Virus record (IMG/VR): IMGVR_UViG_3300024301_001491
Origin: an uncultured virus (IMG/VR IMGVR_UViG_3300024301_001491)
Lineage: Duplodnaviria > Heunggongvirae > Uroviricota > Caudoviricetes
Length of the DNA stretch: 20,000 bases
Reading direction: 5' to 3' (one strand)
The position numbers and the translations under genes are program-made. The number at the start of each line of letters is the position of its first letter. Positions within the stretch are counted from its first letter, which is position 1. A model generated the notes under the pieces. The model was not told the DNA's origin. It saw nothing but the letters and a program-made list of their open reading frames with translations, and made no database searches. Of this stretch, positions 7,798-16,444 are shown piece by piece.

Positions 7798-9343
7798 CTT
7801 CACCTCCTAATTGTGTATTATCTGTATTATCTGATTCTGGCTGCTGTTGCTGTTGCCCTTGTTGCATTTCGAGCTGTTGCCTTTGCAGTTCCATTTGCTG
7901 TTTGTTATACTCTTCGTTCTCTTCATCCATCTCTTCAATTTCTTCATCAGTTAGTTTCAAGATATTTTTCTTGATCCATGTTGGAGAGTAGTACTTACCG
8001 GCAAATTGATCTACGGTCTGAAGTATATTCAATCTAGACTGCGTAATCTCGGACTCTTTAATTTCCGCAAAGTAGTTATCTTTTTGGAAGTCAAAGCGGA
8101 TATCTTGCGACATATCATCCCATTCTTCTGGGTTGATAATGCCTTTAGCAATCAATTGAACTCTTAGCGCATCTAAAAATATATTAGAGAACTTCTTACG
8201 AATTCGTTGAATGAATTTAGTAAACTTTATTTCGTCACGAGTAATTTCTGACGAACGACCTAAGTTAAATCCTTGTTCGCCCTTTAGACGAGAGGCTGGA
8301 ACATTTAAAGCCTGGAATAGTTTATTCTGGAAGAATTCAATATCTTCGATTTGTCCAAGCGTCTGACCACCCGGCAACGTTGTAATTTCTGTACCCTTGC
8401 CGCCTTCACGACGTGGCATCCAGAAGTCTTCCATCATTGATAAGTGTTTACGATCATCTCGTACTTCACCTGTGGTTGCATCATATACAACCTTGTTCTT
8501 AAACTTATTCATCAAGTCGTTGACGTATTGTTCCGCCTTCATCTTAGGAAGGTTTCCAACGTCAACGTAGAAAATACGACGCTCAGGCGCACGACTGATA
8601 CGATAGATGACTAATGCATCTTCCATCATTTTTAATTGATTGACTAATTTAATAGCTTTGTGTAGGTATGATAATGCCATACCTGTATTTTGATCTGTGA
8701 TTCCAGATGGAACGTAAATTACTGAATCTATTGGTAATTTAACGCCCTTTACATCACCTTCTTGAATGCCTTTATCATTGTAGATATAGTACTCGTCAAT
8801 AGACTTAACTATCTCCACGCCATTCGCATTCTTTTGTTTCTTAACGTTTTTGATTTTACGAATCTTTCGCGGATCAATATAACGTAGTTCTACAATACCA
8901 TTCTTGGGATTATTCTCATCAATCAAGATGTGATAATACATTCTACCATCAATATACCAACTTCTAAACATATCATGACCTTTTTGGTCAAACTTTAGAA
9001 GCCTCATGACTTGATAGAATTCTTCAGTGATCTTCTTTTTAATTCCAGAAGACACTTTAAGATCATCTAGAACAATCTCAACAGGGATATCATCTTCTTC
9101 AGATACAATCGCCTCGTTGGCAATATCATCAATTGCCGAATCGCAATCCGGATACTGCGAAATCTCCCGATAGCGACGAATGATATCGTTTTCTGAACGA
9201 ATCGTCGCTTCGAGATTAATCATCTGGCCATAATAACCACCAGCGGATGTTACAACGGTAGCGCCGTCATCATGTGCTGGCGCTACAGGTGTAAGTTGGA
9301 CTTCCGTCTTTTTACGCTGGATTTCAAATCCAAATATATTCAT
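7781..9343 (-). CDS. gp20: Portal protein
   Basis: Motifs LSYLHKAIK..NQLKMMEDALVIYRISRAPERRIFYVDVGNLPK.KAEQY and EDFWMPRREGGKGTEITTLPGGQ. Confidence 0.99.
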   Translation of the reverse strand: MNIFGFEIQRKKTEVQLTPVAPAHDDGATVVTSAGGYYGQMINLEATIRSENDIIRRYREISQYPDCDSAIDDIANEAIVSEEDDIPVEIVLDDLKVSSGIKKKITEEFYQVMRLLKFDQKGHDMFRSWYIDGRMYYHILIDENNPKNGIVELRYIDPRKIRKIKNVKKQKNANGVEIVKSIDEYYIYNDKGIQEGDVKGVKLPIDSVIYVPSGITDQNTGMALSYLHKAIKLVNQLKMMEDALVIYRISRAPERRIFYVDVGNLPKMKAEQYVNDLMNKFKNKVVYDATTGEVRDDRKHLSMMEDFWMPRREGGKGTEITTLPGGQTLGQIEDIEFFQNKLFQALNVPASRLKGEQGFNLGRSSEITRDEIKFTKFIQRIRKKFSNIFLDALRVQLIAKGIINPEEWDDMSQDIRFDFQKDNYFAEIKESEITQSRLNILQTVDQFAGKYYSPTWIKKNILKLTDEEIEEMDEENEEYNKQQMELQRQQLEMQQGQQQQQPESDNTDNTQLGGEDVYNP

Positions 9344-9371
9344 TATATTTTAAACCAATCTAAGTTGCTAA

Positions 9372-9932
9372 TTAACCGATTTCAATGTTAACATTAACGT
9401 AACCAGTGGACTCAGTAGTTGTCCAGTAGTTGTATGTGAAGTTGACATCAAATGTTTCGATCTGATTAGTTGTATCAAAGTCCAATGCGATTGGACCAAT
9501 TTCTGTTGGATACGCATCAACGAATTTATAGGTCTTTAGTGTAGCACCGTTGCGATCTAACTGGTGAACTAATAGATCTACTTGATATGCACCTGGGCTT
9601 GTCAAACCGGTAGTATCGGTCAAGCTTTGAACGCCATCGGCCCACTTTTCTAGAGCGTTACGGATACCAAAGTCTGTGTCATTATAGACGGTAACCTGCC
9701 ATGGAGCAAAGGTACGCTCGCCAGCAATGTTAACAACACGACCGCGGTAATTAATCGGCATATTGTCGATTGTTGAACCAGGCAATGATGCTGATTTACA
9801 CAAGAATTGGGACGATTGGCCGATAGAAGCACTAACACCAACGTAAGAAGGGAAAGATAGTTCCACTCTAAACTGGTTAGCGCGAGCGCCACCGCCGCCC
9901 ATTTGTGCCTTAAAATCTGAGATTCTAGCCAT
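9372..9932 (-). CDS. gp19: Tail tube protein
   Basis: Motifs GGGARANQF.V, FLCKSASLP and RGR.VNIAGERTF.PW.VTVYND.DF.IR.ALEKW. Confidence 0.97.
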   Translation of the reverse strand: MARISDFKAQMGGGGARANQFRVELSFPSYVGVSASIGQSSQFLCKSASLPGSTIDNMPINYRGRVVNIAGERTFAPWQVTVYNDTDFGIRNALEKWADGVQSLTDTTGLTSPGAYQVDLLVHQLDRNGATLKTYKFVDAYPTEIGPIALDFDTTNQIETFDVNFTYNYWTTTESTGYVNVNIEIG

Positions 9933-9962
9933 TTAAGACTCCTTTGTTTTAACTGTTATATG

Positions 9963-9970
9963 TATTTATA
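9963..9970 (-). promoter_or_regulatory. Late promoter TATAAATA (gp19)
   Basis: Exact consensus in the gp18-gp19 gap, upstream of the AAGGAG SD. Confidence 0.88.
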
Positions 9971-9974
9971 CAAG

Positions 9975-9998
9975 TAAGCAGGGGTCTCCCCCTGCTTA
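9975..9998 (-). terminator. Stem-loop after gp18 (terminator or mRNA-stabilising hairpin)
   Basis: 10-bp perfect stem TAAGCAGGGG/CCCCTGCTTA with a GAGA (GNRA) loop on the minus strand. Poor U-tract. Confidence 0.7.
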
Positions 9999-10000
9999 TA

Positions 10001-12313
10001 TTATGCGCCTAATTCGCTGAAGCTTACTGAAGAGCGAGCCGCAACAAAGTTTAGAGTGATGAAGTTGATTGAACGGTTTGGCTTGATGTAGATATCAGCA
10101 GCAAATTCGTTACGATCGATAACTTCGCCAGTGTTATTTGTTTCATCACAAACAACCTTGAAGTCAACAACACCACGGCGACCTTGTACATCACGTAGGA
10201 ACGGTTCAACCAAGTTGCGGAACTGAGCACGAGTAAATGAATCGTTAAATTCAAACAACTGGTACTTAGCAGCGGTAGCAATGGATTTTTCCAATACGAT
10301 GAACAAGCGACGTACGTTAATACGATCGAATGCTGAAGGTTTAGCTAACATAGTCTTATCTCCGTATAGAACAGTTCCCTGTCCTGGGAAGATAACTACT
10401 GGGTTAATACCTTCTGTGTATAGTGCATCACGTTGAGTTTGGTTAGGGTTGTAGCCCAACTTAACAACGTTCTTAATCTGACCGCGGTTGAAACCACCTG
10501 GTGAATACCATGGATCGGCAGTAAAGTCAACGCGAGCACATAAGCCAGCAGTATCACCATTCAATGGAACCCAACGGTACTTGTCATTGTATGCATCATA
10601 CTGGTACTTCCAGCCAGAATCAATAACACCGTATGAAGAGCTAGCGTTAACCGCATTTTTGTATGCAATCGCTGCATTTTCTGGGGTTACGCCGGCTTGA
10701 GTAGAGGTGATCCAATGATTACCGCTAGCATTGCGTGGAGAGATGAATACGATACAATCTTTACGAACTTCAGCCAAAGATGTGATTAGATAGTTTGCAA
10801 CCGTTGTAGAAACATTACCAGCAACAACTAAAGAGATTTCGTAATCGTCTGTGTTAGCAAAAGCTGCATATGCTTCTTGAACTTGACCGTCAGTAGGAGC
10901 TGAACCATCAGCACCACCAGCCAAAGCAACACCATCAGTAAATGTAGAATTTAAAACGGCCAATTGGAATCCGCTATCAACTATGATGTCAGAAGAACTT
11001 CCCCAATTATATGCATCTCCAACGCTAGTGACAGCTACTGCAGCAGTTTCGGCAATAGTTTCACTAGTAACTGTAATAACGTATGCAGTGATAGCATCGT
11101 TAGCTGTAGTTGTGGTAATGCCAGAAATAGTGTGCACACCTTCGTTTGAACCGCCAAAAAGACTTAGTTTGAATTCGACAGCACTATTAGATGCATTGAA
11201 CTCGTTCATGAAGCTTGAAAGCTCTGCAAACTTAGTACTATCAGAAATAGTAATATTGCCGGCATCATCTGTTGTAGTGGAAGTTACACCAAGAGCTAAA
11301 GCTTTTTCCTGAATAGCAGCTGGAGTAGCTAGTGCCCACAAGTAGTTAGACTGGTTATTAACAATATCTTTATAGTAGATATTGGTGCCATCAGATCTCT
11401 TAGCATCACTTAGTTTAGAGACATATTCAAACTTCTCTAATACTGCACCGCTTACGCCAGTAAAAGAGCCCTTAGAATTGTCAACAACCAAGATGTGCAA
11501 TTCGTCTAATGCATTAGCGCCAACGTTTACAGCAGCGTAATCAGAAGTACCTGGAGCGCCAGTAAATTGTTTCTGAACTGTAACTGGCATTGAAGCCCAG
11601 TTGTTTGCATCAATCAAGTATACTGTAACACCGTTAGCACGTGTGCCTGGATACTTAGCAGCAAACTCTCCGTTATGCAAATGCGTTTCAGAAAAATTAT
11701 TTTGGTAGTCATCGATATTTTTGATCTTGACGCCGGTTTTTACAATTCTTGATACTGCAGCAGTTGCAGTAGTACCAGCAGCAGGATCACTGATAGTAAT
11801 TGCTGGTGGATTAACGTATCCACCACCGGCAGAAGTTAGTTGAATACCGCTAACGCGCCATAGGCCGTTAATTGCATCGTACTCTTCCCACATCAATGTG
11901 CCTTCTGCTGTTGAACCGCCGATAAGTGGTTCAGCAAATTCTACTGTTGCAGTTAGAGTTTCAGCAGCAGTGTAACCACTACCTTGCTCTGTGATAGAAA
12001 TATCCGCTGAAGCTACAGGACCAGACTGTACGCTAGAAGCGTTTAGCAGGCCATCACCGTCAGTACGGTTAACATATAATGTATTCGTGTAGGCTAAGAA
12101 ATTGCCTGCAGAAAAGAATGATTGATAATTCGCATCAGTAGGCTTTCCTAGTTTTGAAACTAGTTCGTTTTCTGAAGAAATTCTCAATGGTGAATTAACT
12201 GGTCCCCATGAAAATGGGCCAGCAAAAGCGCCGGTAGATGAAGAGACCGCTGGTACAATTGAACTAAAGTCTTTCTCGACTACTGCTACGCCTGGGCTAA
12301 CTAGAAAAGGCAT
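10001..12313 (-). CDS. gp18: Tail sheath protein
   Basis: Motifs SPGVAVVEKDFS, F.WGP, YD.YND.YRWVPLNGD.AGL and SAFDRINVRRLF. 770 aa with insertions. Confidence 0.98.
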   Translation of the reverse strand: MPFLVSPGVAVVEKDFSSIVPAVSSSTGAFAGPFSWGPVNSPLRISSENELVSKLGKPTDANYQSFFSAGNFLAYTNTLYVNRTDGDGLLNASSVQSGPVASADISITEQGSGYTAAETLTATVEFAEPLIGGSTAEGTLMWEEYDAINGLWRVSGIQLTSAGGGYVNPPAITISDPAAGTTATAAVSRIVKTGVKIKNIDDYQNNFSETHLHNGEFAAKYPGTRANGVTVYLIDANNWASMPVTVQKQFTGAPGTSDYAAVNVGANALDELHILVVDNSKGSFTGVSGAVLEKFEYVSKLSDAKRSDGTNIYYKDIVNNQSNYLWALATPAAIQEKALALGVTSTTTDDAGNITISDSTKFAELSSFMNEFNASNSAVEFKLSLFGGSNEGVHTISGITTTTANDAITAYVITVTSETIAETAAVAVTSVGDAYNWGSSSDIIVDSGFQLAVLNSTFTDGVALAGGADGSAPTDGQVQEAYAAFANTDDYEISLVVAGNVSTTVANYLITSLAEVRKDCIVFISPRNASGNHWITSTQAGVTPENAAIAYKNAVNASSSYGVIDSGWKYQYDAYNDKYRWVPLNGDTAGLCARVDFTADPWYSPGGFNRGQIKNVVKLGYNPNQTQRDALYTEGINPVVIFPGQGTVLYGDKTMLAKPSAFDRINVRRLFIVLEKSIATAAKYQLFEFNDSFTRAQFRNLVEPFLRDVQGRRGVVDFKVVCDETNNTGEVIDRNEFAADIYIKPNRSINFITLNFVAARSSVSFSELGA

Positions 12314-12356
12314 GTTGCAACTCCTTATTATTAAAAATCCAACTCGGATGATTTAT

Positions 12357-12364
12357 TATTTATA
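12357..12364 (-). promoter_or_regulatory. Late promoter TATAAATA (gp18)
   Basis: Exact consensus in the gp17-gp18 gap. Confidence 0.88.
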
Positions 12365-12376
12365 ATTTCACTGTTT

Positions 12377-13987
12377 TTATGATGAAAGAAGCTGTCGGAT
12401 GGAAGCTTCTTCGTCTGTTTCTCGACCATCATTATAAAAACCAAAGGGTGTCAACTGATTCTCAATTGCTGCCATATGATTCTCATAGATCGCTTGCCTT
12501 ATATTTATATTACTTAAATCTTCAAAGTAATTACTACTAGAAGCCCAAGCAAACAGAACTAAACACATTACTAAGTCATCATGGTAGCCTTCATCGGCTG
12601 CATACGATCCTTTAGATTCAATGAAAGTAGAAATTTCAGATATAAGATCAGCGTCATTCACTAGCAGTTTTTTACCCTCTAAGAGACTTTTCAGGTTAAA
12701 ACAGCCCATTCTTTTTGTTTTCTTGTCGGTATATACACCCAATTGGGTTTTACCTCCACCAAAACCTGCTGAAACGCTCTGACCTTTAGTATCACGCGTA
12801 ACAAACATTAAATTCTCATATTCCATATCGTTATAAAGAATGTCGGCAACTTGTTCACCAGCATTCAATTCTATTAGAACATAAGCTTGATTATAATCGG
12901 TTCCCAACTTATGTATCACGGTAGGAAATAGCATAGGAAGAATATTTTTATTCCTGTACTTAGCAACGGTGCGATATGGAACTTGTGTTATATCTACGAC
13001 AACAATTGCCGAGAAGTCTCCACCGACTCCCTTGGCAGGATCCACCGCCATAGCGTATACATGACCTTCTTTAGGTTTTTCGTATATATCCAATCCGTCA
13101 TTGGAAGAAAACTCGGCAGCTGCCGGTGCCATTTGTGCAATAGTGTCCGCGGCAACTAATGTCAAACTAGAACCAAGGAATGTACACAGCACTTCTTGGT
13201 TAAACTTAATCTCACCAAGAAGTCTACGCTGTTCTTCTGCCCACTTCTCATCTCTACCTGGAATCTCCCAGTACGGAATAAACAAGTTAACGAATCCGTT
13301 CTTGTCCTGTTCAGCATCGGTCCAGAATTTCCAGAAGTGATTATATCCAAGAGGAGTTGAGCTTAATAGAATCTTAGTAGTCTCACCAGCAGAGATTGTA
13401 GGATATACTGATGTGAAGAATGATTCGGCAACATTGTTTGGAATAATTGCAGCTTCGTCAACGTATAGTAAGTTAACCGATTTACCACGAATACCAGATG
13501 TAGATGTTGCAGCGGTGAATACCTTAGAACCGTTTTCTAATTCAATATCACCCTTGTTCCATGTAGTAACACCCTGCTGTAACCATTTTGGAAGACCTTC
13601 GTACATTGTCTGATATCTATCAAGTACTTCCATAGCTGCTGCTTTCTTGTTCGCAAGAATAGCAACGGTCTTATTTGATTGGAATAAAGTGTACCATAGA
13701 ATGTATGCAGCGGAAGTGGTAGTTTTACCCTGCTGTCGTCCTTCCATGAGAATAACCTTTCGGTTTTCATGGATGACTTTGACCTTGTTAATCTGACATG
13801 GGTACAGATTGAACGGTTGTAAACCGTGGTCCAATGTTACAATTTTACAATAAGTCTGAATAAAATAGACGGGATCTTCCGAACACTTCAAATATTCTTC
13901 GATTTCATGCTGGGAGAACGGTATTGCTTGACCCGCCCCCTTAAGATTCGAATTACTGTTGTAAACTTTTAATTTATTCAGGTCCAT
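12377..13987 (-). CDS. gp17: Terminase large subunit
   Basis: Walker A GRQQGKTT, Walker B LLYVDE, coupling motif SSTP, and nuclease motifs VDPAKGVGGDFS and HDDLVM. Confidence 0.98.
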   Translation of the reverse strand: MDLNKLKVYNSNSNLKGAGQAIPFSQHEIEEYLKCSEDPVYFIQTYCKIVTLDHGLQPFNLYPCQINKVKVIHENRKVILMEGRQQGKTTTSAAYILWYTLFQSNKTVAILANKKAAAMEVLDRYQTMYEGLPKWLQQGVTTWNKGDIELENGSKVFTAATSTSGIRGKSVNLLYVDEAAIIPNNVAESFFTSVYPTISAGETTKILLSSTPLGYNHFWKFWTDAEQDKNGFVNLFIPYWEIPGRDEKWAEEQRRLLGEIKFNQEVLCTFLGSSLTLVAADTIAQMAPAAAEFSSNDGLDIYEKPKEGHVYAMAVDPAKGVGGDFSAIVVVDITQVPYRTVAKYRNKNILPMLFPTVIHKLGTDYNQAYVLIELNAGEQVADILYNDMEYENLMFVTRDTKGQSVSAGFGGGKTQLGVYTDKKTKRMGCFNLKSLLEGKKLLVNDADLISEISTFIESKGSYAADEGYHDDLVMCLVLFAWASSSNYFEDLSNINIRQAIYENHMAAIENQLTPFGFYNDGRETDEEASIRQLLSS

Positions 13988-13990
13988 ATG

Positions 13991-14021
13991 GTATAATGTA
14001 TCTCTAGATACTAATAATTAA
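13991..14021. repeat. 31-bp dispersed direct repeat, copy 2
   Basis: gtataatgtatctctagatactaataattaa, 29/31 identical to 3140-3170. Fills the gp15-gp17 gap. Confidence 0.9.
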
Positions 14022-14746
14022 AAGTTATTCCAAAGATCACTTGTTACATCACCCGTTGATGAATCGCCTGTTGCAGAATAATTGCCTATAGCTGCACCAG
14101 TATCCGGATTAGTCATATCAACTACAGTAGTAGTAATAACTTTACCATCCTTAATTGGTCCATACATGTATGCTTTAAGAGTAAAGTTTAACGTATATGT
14201 AATGAATCTTCTAGTCTGGAAATCACCTTCATAATCATCTTGTAAGCTAATATTATTTAGAATAACTGGAACATCGACCACCAAATCATTATCGGTAATA
14301 GGTTGTAATGATAATGTATATTCTGGTGAAAATGTTGGTAATATTTGTTCTACGATCTGTAGCGCATCTTCTTGAGTTTTACTTATTACATATAATGAAA
14401 TTTCGAAATTATATGGAACTGGAGAATACATTCTTTGCACTGTATCAGTACCATCGCCACACGAAATATAATTCATACGATTAACCTTGCGAGTTGAATC
14501 GTATGTTAAACCGGTCATTTCAAATGAAAGCCGCGGCAAAGATGTATAGACATATGAATCCAAATTCGGATCCTGGTCGATACGCATAATCCATTTTTCC
14601 TTAGGAGCGTATGCAATAGGTACTTCCATACCTTGCACTTCAATCCCTTCGTTAGATCGAATAATTTTAATATTACTGAATAGAGCACCAAAAGCTACGA
14701 TAATCTTTCGCGTGATCTGGTGATAATATATATTGTTACTTAACAT
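14018..14746 (-). CDS. gp15: Tail sheath stabiliser / terminator protein
   Basis: Motifs YH..TRK.IVAFG.LF.NI, VPIAYAPKEKW, LPRLSFEM, PVPYN and QIVEQILPTF.PEY. Confidence 0.96.
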   Translation of the reverse strand: MLSNNIYYHQITRKIIVAFGALFSNIKIIRSNEGIEVQGMEVPIAYAPKEKWIMRIDQDPNLDSYVYTSLPRLSFEMTGLTYDSTRKVNRMNYISCGDGTDTVQRMYSPVPYNFEISLYVISKTQEDALQIVEQILPTFSPEYTLSLQPITDNDLVVDVPVILNNISLQDDYEGDFQTRRFITYTLNFTLKAYMYGPIKDGKVITTTVVDMTNPDTGAAIGNYSATGDSSTGDVTSDLWNNF

Positions 14747-15702
14747 TAGACAATTTTCTTAATAGTCACGTTAACATTAGAAATATAACTCACTGCGGCA
14801 GCATCAACTTCTGTATCTGAAGCTGTAAACCAAATTTGGTTTGATTCTAGCACAGGACTAGTAAATCTAACAATCGTACTTAGTGTTGCCGTTGATCTAT
14901 TTACTACATCAAATTCTGTGCCGATTGTGCCCAAATTTGCAGTAGCTCCATCGTCCCCAGCTTTAATAGTAACCGCCATCGTAGACCTAGCATTATTGCC
15001 TATTGCGCTAAATACTGCAGTAATTTCATATACGCCGCTCTGGTAAAATCCGTTAAATTTTCCAGTACTATCTGGAGCAGGAATATGTTCTAATGTTGGA
15101 TTACTTGCCGCAGAAGATACAAAACCCTGTTCATATGTATACGGTCTCCAAGATCCTGAAGCTCCTTGGCCAAGGATAACACTTACGTCAGTTATCTGTG
15201 TAAACACATATTTGCCAAAATCTTGGCCTAAATATGCACGATACTGTATGCCATCTGCAAATTGAATTCCGGCAAATTCTGGAACAGAGGTAGTTAACAG
15301 CTGTTGATCGAGGACCGGAATATCCGGAGTATTTGTCAAATCGTTATATGATCCGCTGAATAATATTGGCAAATCATCGAGACTATTATATGAGCCATTA
15401 AATGCATCAGTAATACCATAACCAGCCAAAGTGGTTGGAAGATTGGTTAGTGAAGAAAATTCACCGTCAAAAAATACAGGACGGTCACTAAGATCATTAA
15501 ATGAAGTTTGCGGAACATCAGTAAGATCATTATATGATCCGCTAAATAGTTCTGGCGCTCCAATTAGATCTGTATATAAACGACTAAATTGGATCGAATA
15601 TAATTCGCCAAACATTTCGTTGGTTTTAATAAAGGCGGCTCTGAGTGTATCGCCGTTTCCGTCGTTTGCTGATGCGCCTACTTCAATTACTTGTCTTGCC
15701 AT
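14746..15702 (-). CDS. Fibre-like virion protein with gp9/gp10-type N-terminal domain and FSGSYNDL repeats
   Basis: N-terminus MARQVIEVGASANDGNGDTLRAAFIKTNEMFGELY matches the gp9/gp10 N-terminal signature. About six FxGxYxDLxxxP repeats, the tail-fibre motif PTTLAGYGITDA, and a beta-rich C-terminal domain. Confidence 0.75.
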   Translation of the reverse strand: MARQVIEVGASANDGNGDTLRAAFIKTNEMFGELYSIQFSRLYTDLIGAPELFSGSYNDLTDVPQTSFNDLSDRPVFFDGEFSSLTNLPTTLAGYGITDAFNGSYNSLDDLPILFSGSYNDLTNTPDIPVLDQQLLTTSVPEFAGIQFADGIQYRAYLGQDFGKYVFTQITDVSVILGQGASGSWRPYTYEQGFVSSAASNPTLEHIPAPDSTGKFNGFYQSGVYEITAVFSAIGNNARSTMAVTIKAGDDGATANLGTIGTEFDVVNRSTATLSTIVRFTSPVLESNQIWFTASDTEVDAAAVSYISNVNVTIKKIV

Positions 15703-15703
15703 G

Positions 15704-16441
15704 TTAGTCTAAGTCCACTGTGAATAGATCCGAATCTACTAAAATTGATGTTGAGTCTGCTGTTTCAGAGTACCGTACTTTTGCAGTTTCAATAACATCA
15801 CCGAATGGGTTTGTCGTGTCGAAGATAATATCTGCAGCTTCTTGTCTGTACAAGTTATTATCGGCAACACGATCTTGATCATCAATGAATGTCTGTTTCT
15901 CTACATCGAATGATTGTAGAGATTCAAACGCATCGATCTCCTCAATGCCAGTTGCAATTTTCTCTGATGCATACTGGAAGAGTTCAACTTCAAGTCTGTA
16001 TACATACAATTTTCCAAGTTGATAAAACGGATCCTGATGCTCTACAAACTTGATTTCAAATAGACCGTCAGTTAGAGGGAAATATAATAAATCTCCTTCT
16101 GCCGGTCTACCTGGCAAAACTGTCTGACCATACTGTCCAACAAATCTTTGCCATGTTCTTTTAGGGACAGTCAGTGTTGCAGACTGCTCCATCATTAAAC
16201 CGAATTTACTTACAAAGGCACCTTGTCCTTCAAAGCCAGTATTCGATTCTAAATACATCTCTACAGGATACGCATGTCTAAATTCAGACAAACGATCTTC
16301 ACCGAGAATATTGTCTTTACCGACAAGTGTCCTTGGTATATAGAAAAAGTCTTGTCCCCAAATTCTAACAGCTTCAATAATTAGATCTTCTAATAAAAGC
16401 TGTTCTCTTTTGGTTCCATGTGAAAAATATACGCTACGCAT
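15704..16441 (-). CDS. gp14: Neck protein (head-tail connector) with C-terminal extension
   Basis: Motifs EQ.LLEDLIIE, YIPR, SKFG, RP.EGDLLYFP, LFEIKFVEH..PFYQLGK and NPFG. Confidence 0.96.
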   Translation of the reverse strand: MRSVYFSHGTKREQLLLEDLIIEAVRIWGQDFFYIPRTLVGKDNILGEDRLSEFRHAYPVEMYLESNTGFEGQGAFVSKFGLMMEQSATLTVPKRTWQRFVGQYGQTVLPGRPAEGDLLYFPLTDGLFEIKFVEHQDPFYQLGKLYVYRLEVELFQYASEKIATGIEEIDAFESLQSFDVEKQTFIDDQDRVADNNLYRQEAADIIFDTTNPFGDVIETAKVRYSETADSTSILVDSDLFTVDLD

Positions 16442-16444
16442 TAC

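Noticed and set aside
3794..13987. Introns, inteins or homing endonucleases in gp17, gp18, gp20 or gp23
   Set aside because: The ORFs are continuous. No intein splice motifs or HNH, GIY-YIG or LAGLIDADG ORFs were recognised.
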